64,000 nt of DNA. Origin: the human T2T-CHM13v2.0 reference genome, Homo sapiens. Made by a program: the position numbers and the translations under genes. The DNA lies in NCBI RefSeq assembly GCF_009914755.1, contig NC_060928.1. One strand, 5' to 3'. The notes beneath the pieces are model-generated. The model saw only the letters and a list, made by a program, of their open reading frames with translations, searched no databases and had not been told where the DNA came from. Shown in pieces: positions 1-12,000 of the stretch. Numbering within the stretch: position 1 is the first letter of the stretch; each line of letters begins with the position of its first letter.

Positions 1-153
1 TATTGTGTTCCTTATATAATCTACATTTACTATTACTTTTAGAAGATTATCTAGTGTCTTCCTTTACAGAAAAATAAAACTAAACGAGTAAAATAAAATC
101 AAATTGAAGGTGTAAAATTATTCGATTTTCAAGTCCCTCTCCTGGTTATCCGC

Positions 154-462
<309 letters not shown>

Positions 463-810
463 TCTGCATATTTTTATGTCCCCTCCTTCCTTGTCCTAGA
501 GGTACAGATGCCCCTCATCTGACCAGACAAATTTCTTCCCTTATACTCTGTCTTCCACTTTCTTATAAATACTTATTACCCTTTCTTTAGTTGTCCACAT
601 TTTCTTTTACTCATTCTCTTTCATTTTAGCTTTCAAATATATGCATGTGGAAATAATAGTCTACACTCCATTTTCCTAATCTCACTTTTAATTCCCTCTG
701 TTTGCCTCTCTCAGTAAAATAACTTTGTCAAGGTCACCAATGGCTTTGCTGCAAAATCCTACCTTTGTGATACTTGTCTTACTGATTATTTGAAAATATT
801 ATTACATCAA

Positions 811-1093
811 TATTTATTTATGTATTTATGTATGTATTTATTTATTTATTTTAGAGACAGAGGCTTGCTTGGTTGCCAAGGTTTCAATGCAGTGTTGTGA
901 TCATAGTTCACTGCAGCCTTGAACTCTTGGGCTCAAGGGATCCTCCTGCTCCTCCCAAGGAGCTGGGACTATAGGCATATGCCACTATACTTGAATAATA
1001 ATTTTTTGTTTTTTGTAGAAATGGGAGTCTCACTTTGTTGTCCAGGCTAGTCTTGAACTCCTGGCTTCAAGTGGTCTTCCCAACTCAGCCTCC
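811..1093 (-). mobile_element. Alu SINE (old AluJ-type), 5'-truncated, (TTTA/TGTA)n tail
   Basis: gagacagagg...tcatagttcactgcagccttgaactcttgggctcaag...ctcctggcttcaagtggtc are AluJ-type motifs; highly diverged. Confidence 0.9.
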
Positions 1094-1269
1094 TATGTCA
1101 ATATTCTTGAAATTATCACTTCCCTTGACTTTTTCCTATAGTCTTGTAGAGCACTCATTTTGAAACACTTTTGCCAGGTTTTCTTCTTCCACTTGCTCCT
1201 TCAGTAATATTTCTCTCTAAGCTTTGTACCTTGCCCTCATCTTGATTAATTATAAACACTTCTTGATAC

Positions 1270-1720
1270 TGTTGGTTTCTAAGTCTGCATATTCAAGACA
1301 AACATATGTGGATCTATTCACCTATTGGTCAGCTGTATTTGGTTTAATCTGATTAAACCTAACCAAAAATGAATTCATCATTTTATTCCTTATTCCTTAT
1401 CAGTCCAGCAGAACACACTTTGTACATGGTACTTTCATCCACTCAGTTACCCAAGCTAGAAATCAGAATTATCCTTGACTCCTCCATTTTTTTCTTACAC
1501 AAATGCTCCAGGTGCCCATATTTTATTATTTCAATCTCCTCAACCTCCTTTATTTCTCCAGTTCCTCCCTTTAAATATTCAGTGACACTACCATAACTGG
1601 ACTCCTGGAATTTCCTCTAACCAGCCTCCCCGACAACAGACTGCTCCTTCACAACTTCAATGTAATCTTTCTAAAATACAAATCTTCTTGCTTTTCTTCT
1701 AATCACCAGGATAAAATAAG
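1270..1720 (+). mobile_element. L2 LINE fragments (degenerate)
   Basis: L2-like motifs (tcatccactcagttacccaagctagaaatc...atccttgactcctc; taatctttctaaaatacaaatct). Boundaries approximate. Confidence 0.55.
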
Positions 1721-1842
1721 ACATATTCAACAAAGCAAGCTAAAATATTTTATCTATCTCTATTTTTCTAGCTCTATTTCTAGTCAATCCATTGCTAGAA
1801 TTTCTTTTGTGGTTCCATTAAGTATGTGCATTTCCTCTAATT

Positions 1843-2096
1843 CAGTGGCTATTTTGACCACAGGCTATTTTCCCCACTCTCTACCCACAGGGTATTTTCC
1901 CCACTCTCTACCCACAGGGAACACAGGTAATGTTTAGAGCCATTTTTTTTTGTTGTTGTTGTAACTTGAAAAGGGAGTACTACTGGCATCTATTTGGTAG
2001 AGGCCAGAGATACTGCAAACATCCCAAAATGAACAGCACAGAACAAATAATTATCTGATCCAAAATATCATTAGTACCAAGCTTGAAAATTCCTGC
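1843..2096 (+). mobile_element. MER20 hAT-Charlie DNA transposon
   Basis: tactggcatctatttggtagaggccagagatactgcaaacatcc...aattatctgatccaaaatatcattagtaccaagcttgaaaattcctg matches the MER20 consensus. Confidence 0.85.
1866..1919. repeat. Perfect 27 bp tandem duplication
   Basis: tattttccccactctctacccacaggg at 1866-1892 and 1893-1919. Confidence 0.97.
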
Positions 2097-2999
2097 CCTA
2101 ATTCAATGTCATAATTCTCATCCCTGTGCCTTTGTACATGCTGTTCTCTCAGTGTGGAATCCTCTCCCTTTAACATCTGTCTGATTTCTGCAAGTTCATC
2201 AAGGTTCTTTCTGTGTATTGTCTCTTCTGTAATTATTCTAACTAATCTTCCTTCCAAATTACACTTAAGGCAATTTATTTTATCCTCATCACATTGCTAT
2301 CTTTCTCAAAATCATTCAGACTTTCCATTTCCAAGTCAATATTCCTTACATTGGCACTAAAAGCCCAGCAAAACAGGGGAATGAACTGCATGAATGTTAC
2401 CCCCCTCCAGTTTTTCCTATTCATATTCTATGATTCATCCAGAATGGGTTAGTTCACATTTCTGCATCTTACGCACGTCTGTAATTTTGATCCATTTCTT
2501 TCTTCTAATTTATATGCTTCTTTGTCTGCCTGATTATCTCTACCAACTAAACTCTTACCAGATTTCCAAGGCTCATCTTATGCAAATCTCTGCTTTTTTG
2601 AGACTCGTCCATCCAGCTCTACCACTGACTTGCCCTCATTTTGGTTACCTACTCTGTTCTGTGAATATTTCTTCATTCACTGGAAACTTTAGCTCCACAA
2701 TCAGGCTTTATATCTACTTAAATCCCTGATAACATCCTGGGAGACATCCAGCCAGATGACATGTCTAGTTGCTTTAATGTCTCATTTCCAGCAATGGCAA
2801 TCTTATTTTAAAATGATAATAACAATTATAATGTTAATAACAATAGGTTACACTAATTGAGCACTTACTGTGCTTGAGGCACTGTGTAAAGTCCTTTAAC
2901 ATCAGTTATCTCTCATCTTCCTTATCTAGTGCCTGCATTTTTCAAGAATATTGATCTCTACACAGCAAAACATCTTTTCTTCTATTACTTCATAGTGGA

Positions 3000-3127
3000 C
3001 AGATCACTGTCCCTCCACAGTCACTCTTCATCATTGTCCAATTTTCTGTACCCTAGGAGGTGAATCAATATGAACTGCATCCATGGGTTCCTTTGCTTTT
3101 TGGAAGACAGCAGGCATTGACAGGAGA
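3000..3127 (+). mobile_element. LTR33-like ERVL LTR, 5' part (interrupted by THE1)
   Basis: ctgtaccctaggagg...tgaactgcatccatgggttcctttgc...caggaga resembles LTR33; the sequence resumes after 5469. Confidence 0.6.
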
Positions 3128-5464
3128 TGATATGGTTTGGCTGTGTCCTCATCCAAATCTCACCTTGAATTGTAATAATTCTCACATGTCTTGGGAGGGA
3201 CCTGGTGGAAGGTAATTGAATCATGAGGGCAGGTTTTACTATGTTTTCCTTGTAATAGTCAACAAGGCTGATGAGATCTGATGGTTTTATAAAGGGGAGT
3301 TCTGCTACACACGTGCTCTCTTGCCTGCTGCCATGGAAGACGAGGCTTTGTTCCTCATTAACCTAACACCATGATTGTGAGGTCTCCACAGCCATGTGGA
3401 ACTGTGAGTAAATTAAACCTCTCTCCTTTATAAATTATCCAGTCTTGGATATGTCTTTATTAACAGTGTGAGAACAGACTAATATAGTAAATTAGTACCA
3501 GTAGAGTCAGATGCTACTGTAAAAATACCTGAAAATGTGAAAGTGACTTTAGAACTGGGTAACAGGCAGAGGTTGGAACAGTTTGGAGGGCTTAGAAGAA
3601 GACAGGAAGATGTGGGAAAGTTTGGAACTTCCTACAGACTTGTTAAATGGCTTTGACCAAAATGCTGATAATGATATGGACAATAAAGTCCAGGGTGAGG
3701 TGGTCTCAGACAGAGATGAGGAACTTGTTGGGAACTGAAGCAAAGGTGACTCTTGCTATGTTTTAGCAAAAAGACTGGTGGTATTTTACCCCTGCCCTAG
3801 AGAGTTGTGGAATGTTGAACTTGAGAGAGATGATTTAGAGCATCTGTCAGAAGAAATTTCTAGACAGCAAAATGTTCAAAAGTTGACTTGAATACTGTTA
3901 GAAGCAGTTTTATGTATTCACAAAGATGGAATTGGATCTTTTGGAATTGGAACTTAACATTTAAAAGGGAAGCAGAACATAAAAGTTTGAAAAATTGACA
4001 GCCTGACCATGCAATAGAAAAGAAAAACCCATTTTCTAAGGAGAAATTCAAGCTGGCTTCAGAAATTTACATAAGTAATGAGGAGCCAAATGTTAATCAC
4101 CAAGACAATGGAGAAAATGTCTCCAGGGCAACCCAGAGACCTCTGTGGCAGCCCCTCCCATCACAGGCCTAGAGGTCAGGAGGAAAATATGGTTTCCCGG
4201 GCTCCGTCCAGGGCCCCCCTGCTGTGTGTAGCCTAAGGACTTGGTGCCCTGTGTCCCAGCTGCTTCAGCTGTGGCTAAAAGGGGCCTTGGTACAGCTTGG
4301 GCCATGGCTTCAGAGGGAGCAAGCCTTAAGCATTGGCAGCTTTCACATGGTATTGAGCCTGCAGGTGCACAGAAGACAACAACTGAGGTTTGTGAACCTC
4401 TGCCTACATTTCAGAGAATGTATGAAAATGCCTGGATGTCCAGACAGAGGTGTGCTGCAGGGGTGGAGCCCTCATAGAAAGCCTCTGCTAGGGTAGTGCA
4501 GAAGAGAAATGTGGGGTGCAAGCCCCCAGACATGGTCCCCACTGGAGCACTGCCTAGTGGGCCTGTGAGAAGAGGGTCACTGTCCTCCAAACCCCAGAAT
4601 GGCAGATCCACTTGCACTGTGTGCCTGGAAAAGCTACAGACACTCAATGCCAGCCTGTGAAAGCAGCCAGAAGGGGGGCTGTACACTGCAAAGCAACAGG
4701 GGTGGAGTTGTCCAAGACCATAGGAACCCACCTATTGCATTACTGTGACCTGGATGTGAGACATGGAGTCAAAGGAGGTCATTTTGGAGCTTTAATATTT
4801 GACTACCCCATTGGATTTCAGACTTGTATGGAGCCTGTATCCCCTTCATTTTGGCCAATTTTTCCCAATTGGAATGGGTGTGTTTACCCAATGTCTGTAT
4901 TTCCATTGTATCTAGAAAGTAACTAACTTACTTTTGATTTTACAGGCTCATAAGCAGAAGGGACTTGCCTTGTCTCAGATGAGACTTGGGACTATGAACT
5001 TTTGAGTTAATGCTGAAATCAGTTAAGCCTTTGGAGGACTGTTAGGAAAGCATGATTAGTTTTGAAATGTGAGGAAATGATATTTGGGAGGGACCATTGT
5101 GGAATAATGTGGTTTGGCTGTGTCCCCACCCAAATCTCACCTTGAATTGTAATAATACCCACATAATGTGGGAGGGACCTGCTGGGAGGTAATTGAATCA
5201 TGGGGATGTGTCTTTCCCATGTTGTTCTCATGATAATGAATAAATCTCACGAGATCTAATGGTTTTAAAAAGGGGAGTTTCCTTGCACATGTGCTCTCTT
5301 GGCTGCCACCATGTATGAGGAGACTTTGCTCTTCATTTACCTTCCACCATGATTGTGAGGCCTCCTCAGCCATGTGGAACTATGAGTCAACTAAACCTCT
5401 TTCCTTTATAAATTACCCAGTCTCAGGTATGTCTTTATTACCATCATGAGAACAGACTAATACA
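3128..5464 (+). mobile_element. Full-length THE1 (THE1B-like) MaLR element: 5' LTR 3128-3486, internal 3487-5104, 3' LTR 5105-5464
   Basis: Both LTRs start tgatatggtttggctgtgtcc/taatgtggtttggctgtgtcc and end agaacagactaatata/taca. Typical THE1-int (gtaaattagtaccagtagag...). TSD ggaga/gtaga. Confidence 0.95.
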
Positions 5465-5469
5465 GTAGA

Positions 5470-5815
5470 TCAGAGAAGAGGAAGGTGGAGTTCTAATTCC
5501 TCTGGTTCCTACTCTATGGGGTCACTTTATGTTGGTGTTATTCCTCTAAGGTTGGCTTTATTCCTCTATTGATGACTGAAGATCCTTTTACTCAGCCATC
5601 TTCATATAGATATCTGTCTCTTTGTTCCTCCAGGCACAGTGTGATAATAGCTTCCCTCTGTTTCTAGTCCTCAGATACTGTACTACTTGTTGTTGGTTTC
5701 CCTAAAACCTACCTATACCTCGTAAATAGTTCCTGTATTAGTTTTTGCAACTAATTAGTTTAAAGTTATTTAATTTTAGTATTCCTTCTGTTTCCTGAAG
5801 GGACCCTGAATAATT
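5470..5815 (+). mobile_element. LTR33-like ERVL LTR, 3' part
   Basis: ttccctaaaacctacctatacctcgtaaatagttcc...ttctgtttcctgaagggaccctgaataa resembles the LTR33 3' end. Confidence 0.6.
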
Positions 5816-6935
5816 CCCTACTTCAAATATTCACTTCCATTGTCACAACCAAGTCCAGACCTTCCCCTCTGTGATCATCTCATCCTTCCTGGTTACTTAT
5901 TCCCAGTAACACCACTCCAAGCGAATTTTTATTAAGACTTTCAGGAGTTTATCCTACCACTTAATCACTATTACTCCACTTGTTGGTGAAGCCTGTTGTT
6001 ACCTCACACTGGATGATGTCTTCCTGTTCCTTTCCTCAAAATGTCCTGCATATTCATTACAGTTAGAAATGCTTGTTTAATATTATTCTTTCTCACCAAA
6101 ATATGTTTCTGTCACATTAACTACTGTTTTAATCACAGCACATAGGAAGTACTCAAATAATATTTCAATGACTATTTGTTTAAAAATACATATATGATGC
6201 TATAGTACTGTAAAAAAGAATTAGGAGGTGGGCTAATTTATTTTAGGGTAAAGGAAACCTTTTAGCAATAAGTGAGTTCTATGCACAGAGGTCTTTCATA
6301 CAATATATCCTAATTTTTTCCAAATTGCCTTATTAATGCATTCTTTTAAATTCACATGGCACTTTCTTCTCTCTTACACTATGCATCCTAATTCTACCTT
6401 GTATTCTTACTACTGTGTACTTGACACCTCACTCTACTTCCCAGCACCCCACTCTATCCCACAATGATTATTATTTCTTTGGGTAAATATCAGTCTTCCT
6501 CCACTTTGCATTCTCTGTAGCATACAACAGAGACATGGGAATAGAGGTGGTACTCAATTTTTGATGTAATACATAGTTGTTGACACTCAGTTCCAATGTT
6601 ATGCCCTAATATTTTTAATGCGTTAGTTTAATGTGCATTTATTTAAAACATTGTATTTACCAGACCCTGTTGTCTTATACTGAATTTGTAGTTGCAGAAA
6701 TTTTAAGTTCTTTTCAAAATAGCTATAACTGCTTTCTGTCACTCAGCTCGCACATTTTTGTAGTTGATTTTTGGATTATGAGTGCATAATTTTCACTTAA
6801 CTTTGTTAAATTCACTTTGTCAATTTTAGCTCATTTTCAATAACTTGAAATGATAATTTCAGAATAATGCTCACAGAAGTGAGGTAAATACTTTCTGTAC
6901 TGACATTGAAGACATACCTAATTCTTTAAATCATA

Positions 6936-6992
6936 CTTTTTGTCATTAAAAGTAATTGCAGAAACAGCAATTAACTTTTGCATTGATCTAAT
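6936..6992. mobile_element. MADE1 (Hsmar1-derived MITE) partial
   Basis: tttttgtcattaaaagtaattgcagaaacagcaattaacttttgcattgatctaata resembles the MADE1 right half and TIR. Confidence 0.65.
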
Positions 6993-7142
6993 ATTATTCA
7001 CTGAAAGACTCAAGCATTTCCATTTGGTATGTTAAAATATAATGCAGGATCTTGATGATGAAAACCCCTTGGAGTATTTATCTCCCTCGCGTTATCTTTT
7101 ATTTTAAATTAAAAATAAATATGCTGTTTGTGCTCAGTCTAT

Positions 7143-7611
7143 GGTATATGTTGAATTGTGTTTGCCCAAAAAAGGTCTGTTAAAGTCCTTTATCTCCAGT
7201 ACTTCAGAATGCTACCTTAGTTGGAAATAGGGTCTTTACAAAGATAATCCAATTACAAATGAGGTTGTTAGGATAGGTCCTAATCCAATATGACTGGTGT
7301 CTTTATAAAAAGGAGGAATTTGGACACAGAAGCAGACACTCCCAGAAGAAATACAATGTGAAGACACACAGGGAGAAGATGGCCTTGTGACCAGGGAGAT
7401 GCATCTACAGACCAACAAATGCCAAGGATTGCCAGAGAACAGAAAAAGCTGGAAGAATCAAGGAAGGATTCTCCCCTGGAGCCATCAGAGAGAGCATGCC
7501 CTGATATCACCTTGATTCTTCACTTCTACCTTTCAGAATTGTGAGATAATAATTTTTTGTTGCTTTGAGATTGTGGTAATTTGTTTACAGCAACCCTAGC
7601 AAACTAATACA
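7143..7611 (+). mobile_element. MLT1C-like MaLR solo LTR
   Basis: gttgaattgtg...ttggaaatagggtcttt...cctaatccaatatgactggtgtctttataaaaaggaggaatttggacacaga...gcaaccctagcaaactaataca. Confidence 0.88.
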
Positions 7612-8673
7612 CTCCATATGCAAGTATTAACATGGTGTTCCTTTTCTTCCTCTGAAATTCATGGTAGTATAATTCCTTTTCCTTAGCTTATAACCACAAA
7701 ATTCTCAAGAGGAAAATTTCTACAAATCGGTATTAAAAGTTGTAATTTTACAGTGGCAAAACAGTAGAATAATCAGAGTCTGCCCACTAGAGTTTTCTAA
7801 TATCGTCCCTAAGTATTGACGCTCAGGTACTCAGATATTTATCTGTGTGCTTAAAACTGGTATTTCAGCTTGTAAATATTGCTCTAAAGATAAAGGCAAA
7901 AGTTTTCTTCTAGGGTGGTATTGATATTGTAAATTCTAAATAACTCACTTTGAAAGAATCAATAGCAATTTCTGAAGATTGTATAAAATTAATTATCTTT
8001 GCCTATACATATTTATTTTGCAACAGGAAAAACAATGAGCAGACATTTTGTGTACCTTTGTGAAGTGTTTGAATTTATCCAAACAACATCATCAGTAATT
8101 GCCTCTGTGTTTAATTCCATTCACTTTCCTTGTTCTTTTTTTCAGAGTAAGTTTGTGGTTTGGAACATTTTTCCTGATATTTAGACTTTGAAAGTTCTGC
8201 AGACATATTGTAATCAAAGTTTTTTACTCACAAAGTGTGGCACTCTGCCCTAAGTTAATGTGGGTGCGTTCATTCTTAGTCATAACCCTTGGGCACCTGC
8301 TCTCAGGCAAGAGATGACCCTGAACTTTGTTTTCTATATGCATGAGGTACATTCTTAACCCACATAGCTGATGAATTGGCTTCAAAGTTGTAGATTGTGT
8401 AACTAGTTAGTATCATGCCTGTTTAGTACCCAAATTTGTTGCCTTTTTCAAATTATATCTCCTTGGAGAGTGATATTTTGAACAGCCTCCAAAGGAAGCA
8501 GCTCTCCTTGACCCAGTTCTCAGTGAAGAGTTTTCCCAGCAGTACGTGTTTAAAAGAGATAATGTTCTGTTTTTACAAGTGGAAGTTGGTAGGGACAGAC
8601 TTCATATTATAGGGCTGTGTTTTTGTTTCAATATTTATGTCAATGCTCTTGATTCAAAAATATGGGTGCACCA

Positions 8674-8986
<313 letters not shown>

Positions 8987-9559
8987 CTAACTGGTATCCA
9001 AATGGTCTGTCTTAAATGATGTCCAAATGGAAACAGACTCAGGATAGTAGTTATGAGAAATTCTAAGGTCATAGTAAGATACAATAACATTGTAATTTTT
9101 ATTCGTTTTCCCATGGAGGAGATCCTTTATAATCAATTAAAGGCATATATACTTGAATCTGTTTTAGAACAGTGCTGTTCAATGGTAGGTCAATTTACCA
9201 GTATCACCATGCTTATGTATTATAGATTCATATTACATGTCAGCTATTTTAATTTACAATAGGGTAAGTACCTCTTATTATATATTTAAGTTTTTTCTTA
9301 CCCATTTCATTTTAATTTTTTCTTTCAAATTAATTTTGGAAATAATTTCTCTCAAGTTAAAAATATCTTCTATTTTCATTGGAATTTTGCTTTATATATA
9401 CATTATTTGAGAAAATAACTGAGACTTTTGCAATCATGACTTCACTTTCATAGAAAAAAGAACATTTTTTCATTTATTTGATTCTTCTCTAACTTTCTGA
9501 GTAGAGTTTAAAACAAGTCTCATATTTTTGTGATGACTCTCTGGAGATAAAAGTGGCTA

Positions 9560-9960
9560 ATATCAACTCGTAATTGTATTTATCTATATGAACAATAAGC
9601 CTGAATATTATTAATTTAAATAGAACAGAGATTTGTTTCCTCTGACATAATTAAGTCTAAATTTCAGTTTGCGATGGCTGCTATTGTGGCCTCATGGTAT
9701 AGACAATATTCGAAGTTTATACTTTTTATTTGCTTTGACATTATTAGATAGTAGCTTCTAGCTTAAGATTAACTCATGGTTGAAAAACAATGGCTGCAAA
9801 GCCAGCCATCACATCTATAATTCAGTAAGAAATTAAAAAGATTGGAAAGGCAAAATGCACCTGCCTACTATCACCCCAAAAGAGCTTTACTGGGAAGTCC
9901 CACTCAATGACTTCTGCTTATCTATCAGCAGCCATCCTTGTTTTCAGGAGCATCTTGGGT
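9560..9960 (-). mobile_element. Old MLT1 (MaLR) LTR, degenerate
   Basis: aatggctgcaaagccagccatcacatct...gaagtcccactcaatgacttctgcttat are reverse-strand MLT1J/K-type motifs. Confidence 0.55.
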
Positions 9961-10756
9961 ATATCATTTTTTGACAAGTGAATTATAAAATTTTACATAT
10001 ATTTGATAAGCATATATCCAAATATGTATGCTTATAACTTTACTATTGTTATTATTTTCTATAAAGTTATATATATTTGATAGGAATAGTCATAAAATTA
10101 TAAATTATATACAATTTTATAATTTTCTACATCCATTCCAGTTTCTCTCATTTTATATGCTAAAAATTCCAGTATTGAAATATATTTTTTATTCTCTCCA
10201 TATTTCAAAATACCATTATGAGGACATGAAGGACTGCAAAGTCTTCATTATTAGCCTACTAATGGGTCTTCAGTTCTCTTTGCTTCCTAATGCTGTATTT
10301 TGTGGATCATCTACCACTATATCTAATTCCCATATATGATGAAAGTCTGGCATGAGAAAAGTAGACTCTGAACAATATACCTGTATGAAATGTGAATATG
10401 ATAGTGACTGCAAAGTGTTAGGTTTCTTTAACATTTTTATGCATCTACTGCCATTTATGTCCCAGATTGACTGAATTTTCCCACCATTTTCATCTATTTG
10501 AACGACTCTTAAAGTTTTCTTCATAGCTTCATATCGTATGCTTATTACTTCATTTATAGGTGACAATAAATACTTGAAGTTTCATTTAATTTTGTCTTTA
10601 TTCTTTTCTCATTAGCCTGAGAAAATATAGTACAATATTGTTATCTCTTATATTGTTTTTTGTGATGTCAGATAATACTTTCAACTTATTAAATTACTTA
10701 GGAAGTAAAAGTGTATGTCTGAAAATATCTTTCAATTACAAATTAACCCAGAATTT

Positions 10757-11550
10757 TATCGGAGTTCTATCAGAAGCAGAAATGACTCCCGGTATTGCAA
10801 ATAGAAGAAAATTAATACTGGTAATTGGATATGCAGGTGATGGAGGACCTGAGAATCTACACAGGCAAACATGAAACAAGCTGAGCAGTAGAAACAGCAA
10901 GAAGCTGCCACCATCCCTAGGCTGGAGGGACATAGGAGGTAGCAATGCCTCATTCCTAAATTCTGGAATTGTAGCTGAAACTGAAATGGAATTCCTGCCC
11001 TATCCTGCTTTTCCCTACCCTGTGGGAGATAGAGGTGTGGGGAAAAGGACTGCCCAGTGATAGCCGGGCCATGGAGAACACACAGTCACTGCCAGATGTA
11101 ATGTCTGAGGCAGAGAGAGATGGGGGAAGACAGTGTGACTTGATTTTCTTTAATCCTTCCATCTCTGCCCACTTGTTCTCAAGAAGCAGACAAGGATAGT
11201 AAGAAGATAGCAAAAACGTTTGGAGAATGCAGTTCCCTGTGTTAATATCAGATCAAGGATATTATGGCCTCATGGTATTGACAATATTCAAAATTTATAC
11301 TTTTTATTTGCTTTGACATTATTAGCTAGTAGCTTCTAGCTTAAGATTAACTCATGGTTGAAAAACAATGGCTGTAAAGCCAGCCATCACATCTATAATT
11401 CAGCAAGAAATTAAAAAGATTGGGAAGGCAAAATGCACCTGCCTGCTGAGTAACACCTCAAAAGAATTTTACTGGGAAGTCCTACTCGATGACTTCTGCT
11501 TATCTATCAGCAGCCTGAGAATCCGAAAGAAAACAAATGACTAGCACACT
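10757..11550. mobile_element. Old LTR (LTR78/79-like), interrupted by a duplicated segment
   Basis: cagaagcagaaatgactcccggtattgcaaatagaagaaaattaatactggtaattgg... and end ...caaatgactagcaca. Family call uncertain. Confidence 0.45.
11260..11515 (+). repeat. Dispersed direct duplicate of 9682-9933
   Basis: Long near-identical runs shared by both copies, e.g. tttatactttttatttgctttgacattattag and tagtagcttctagcttaagattaactcatggttgaaaaacaatggctg. Confidence 0.97.
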
Positions 11551-12000
11551 TCTCTGTTTTCCCCTCCAGGTTTGTTTGCTGCTCACTGATGCCCAAATGT
11601 GGGCTCCTGCAGAGCGAGCTATGGGCTGCATCACCTGTGTCCATTTGCCTTTTGGCTTCCAGTTGTGTTTAGACTGATTGAAGATTGAGAATCTAGTAGA
11701 AAGTCAGATGTGGGGGTTTATTTTTCTGACTCCTTCTATGCCAGCCACAGCCACAGACCCGTGGTTGAGTCTTTTTTTGTAGCCCTGTGTCCTGCTGAGC
11801 TCTGGTAACATTGTTCCCCCATTTACCCCTTCAGGTCTAGGGGAAGTAATTGTCCCTTGCTCTTTCTAGTCCCAGTGTACTTTATCATTCCTTATTATTC
11901 CTCTTATCCTTGTGCAAACATGTGTGTAAATACTGTCTTCATGAAACTATCTTCTTGTAAACCTTTTGAATGTGCGATCTATTTTCTGCCAAGTCCATGT
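11551..12000 (+). mobile_element. LTR33-like ERVL LTR
   Basis: atgggctgcatcacc...ttgccttttggcttccagttg...ccccttcaggtctagggg...tgtaaatactgtcttcatgaaact...tttgaatgtgcgatctattttctgcc. Confidence 0.65.

Noticed and set aside
3549-5373. Cluster of overlapping ORFs of 63-106 aa
   Set aside because: They lie in the THE1 internal region and LTR; decayed and non-coding.
10335-10372. ATGATGA...CTGA resembling C/D box snoRNA boxes
   Set aside because: Spacing is far too short and there is no terminal stem.
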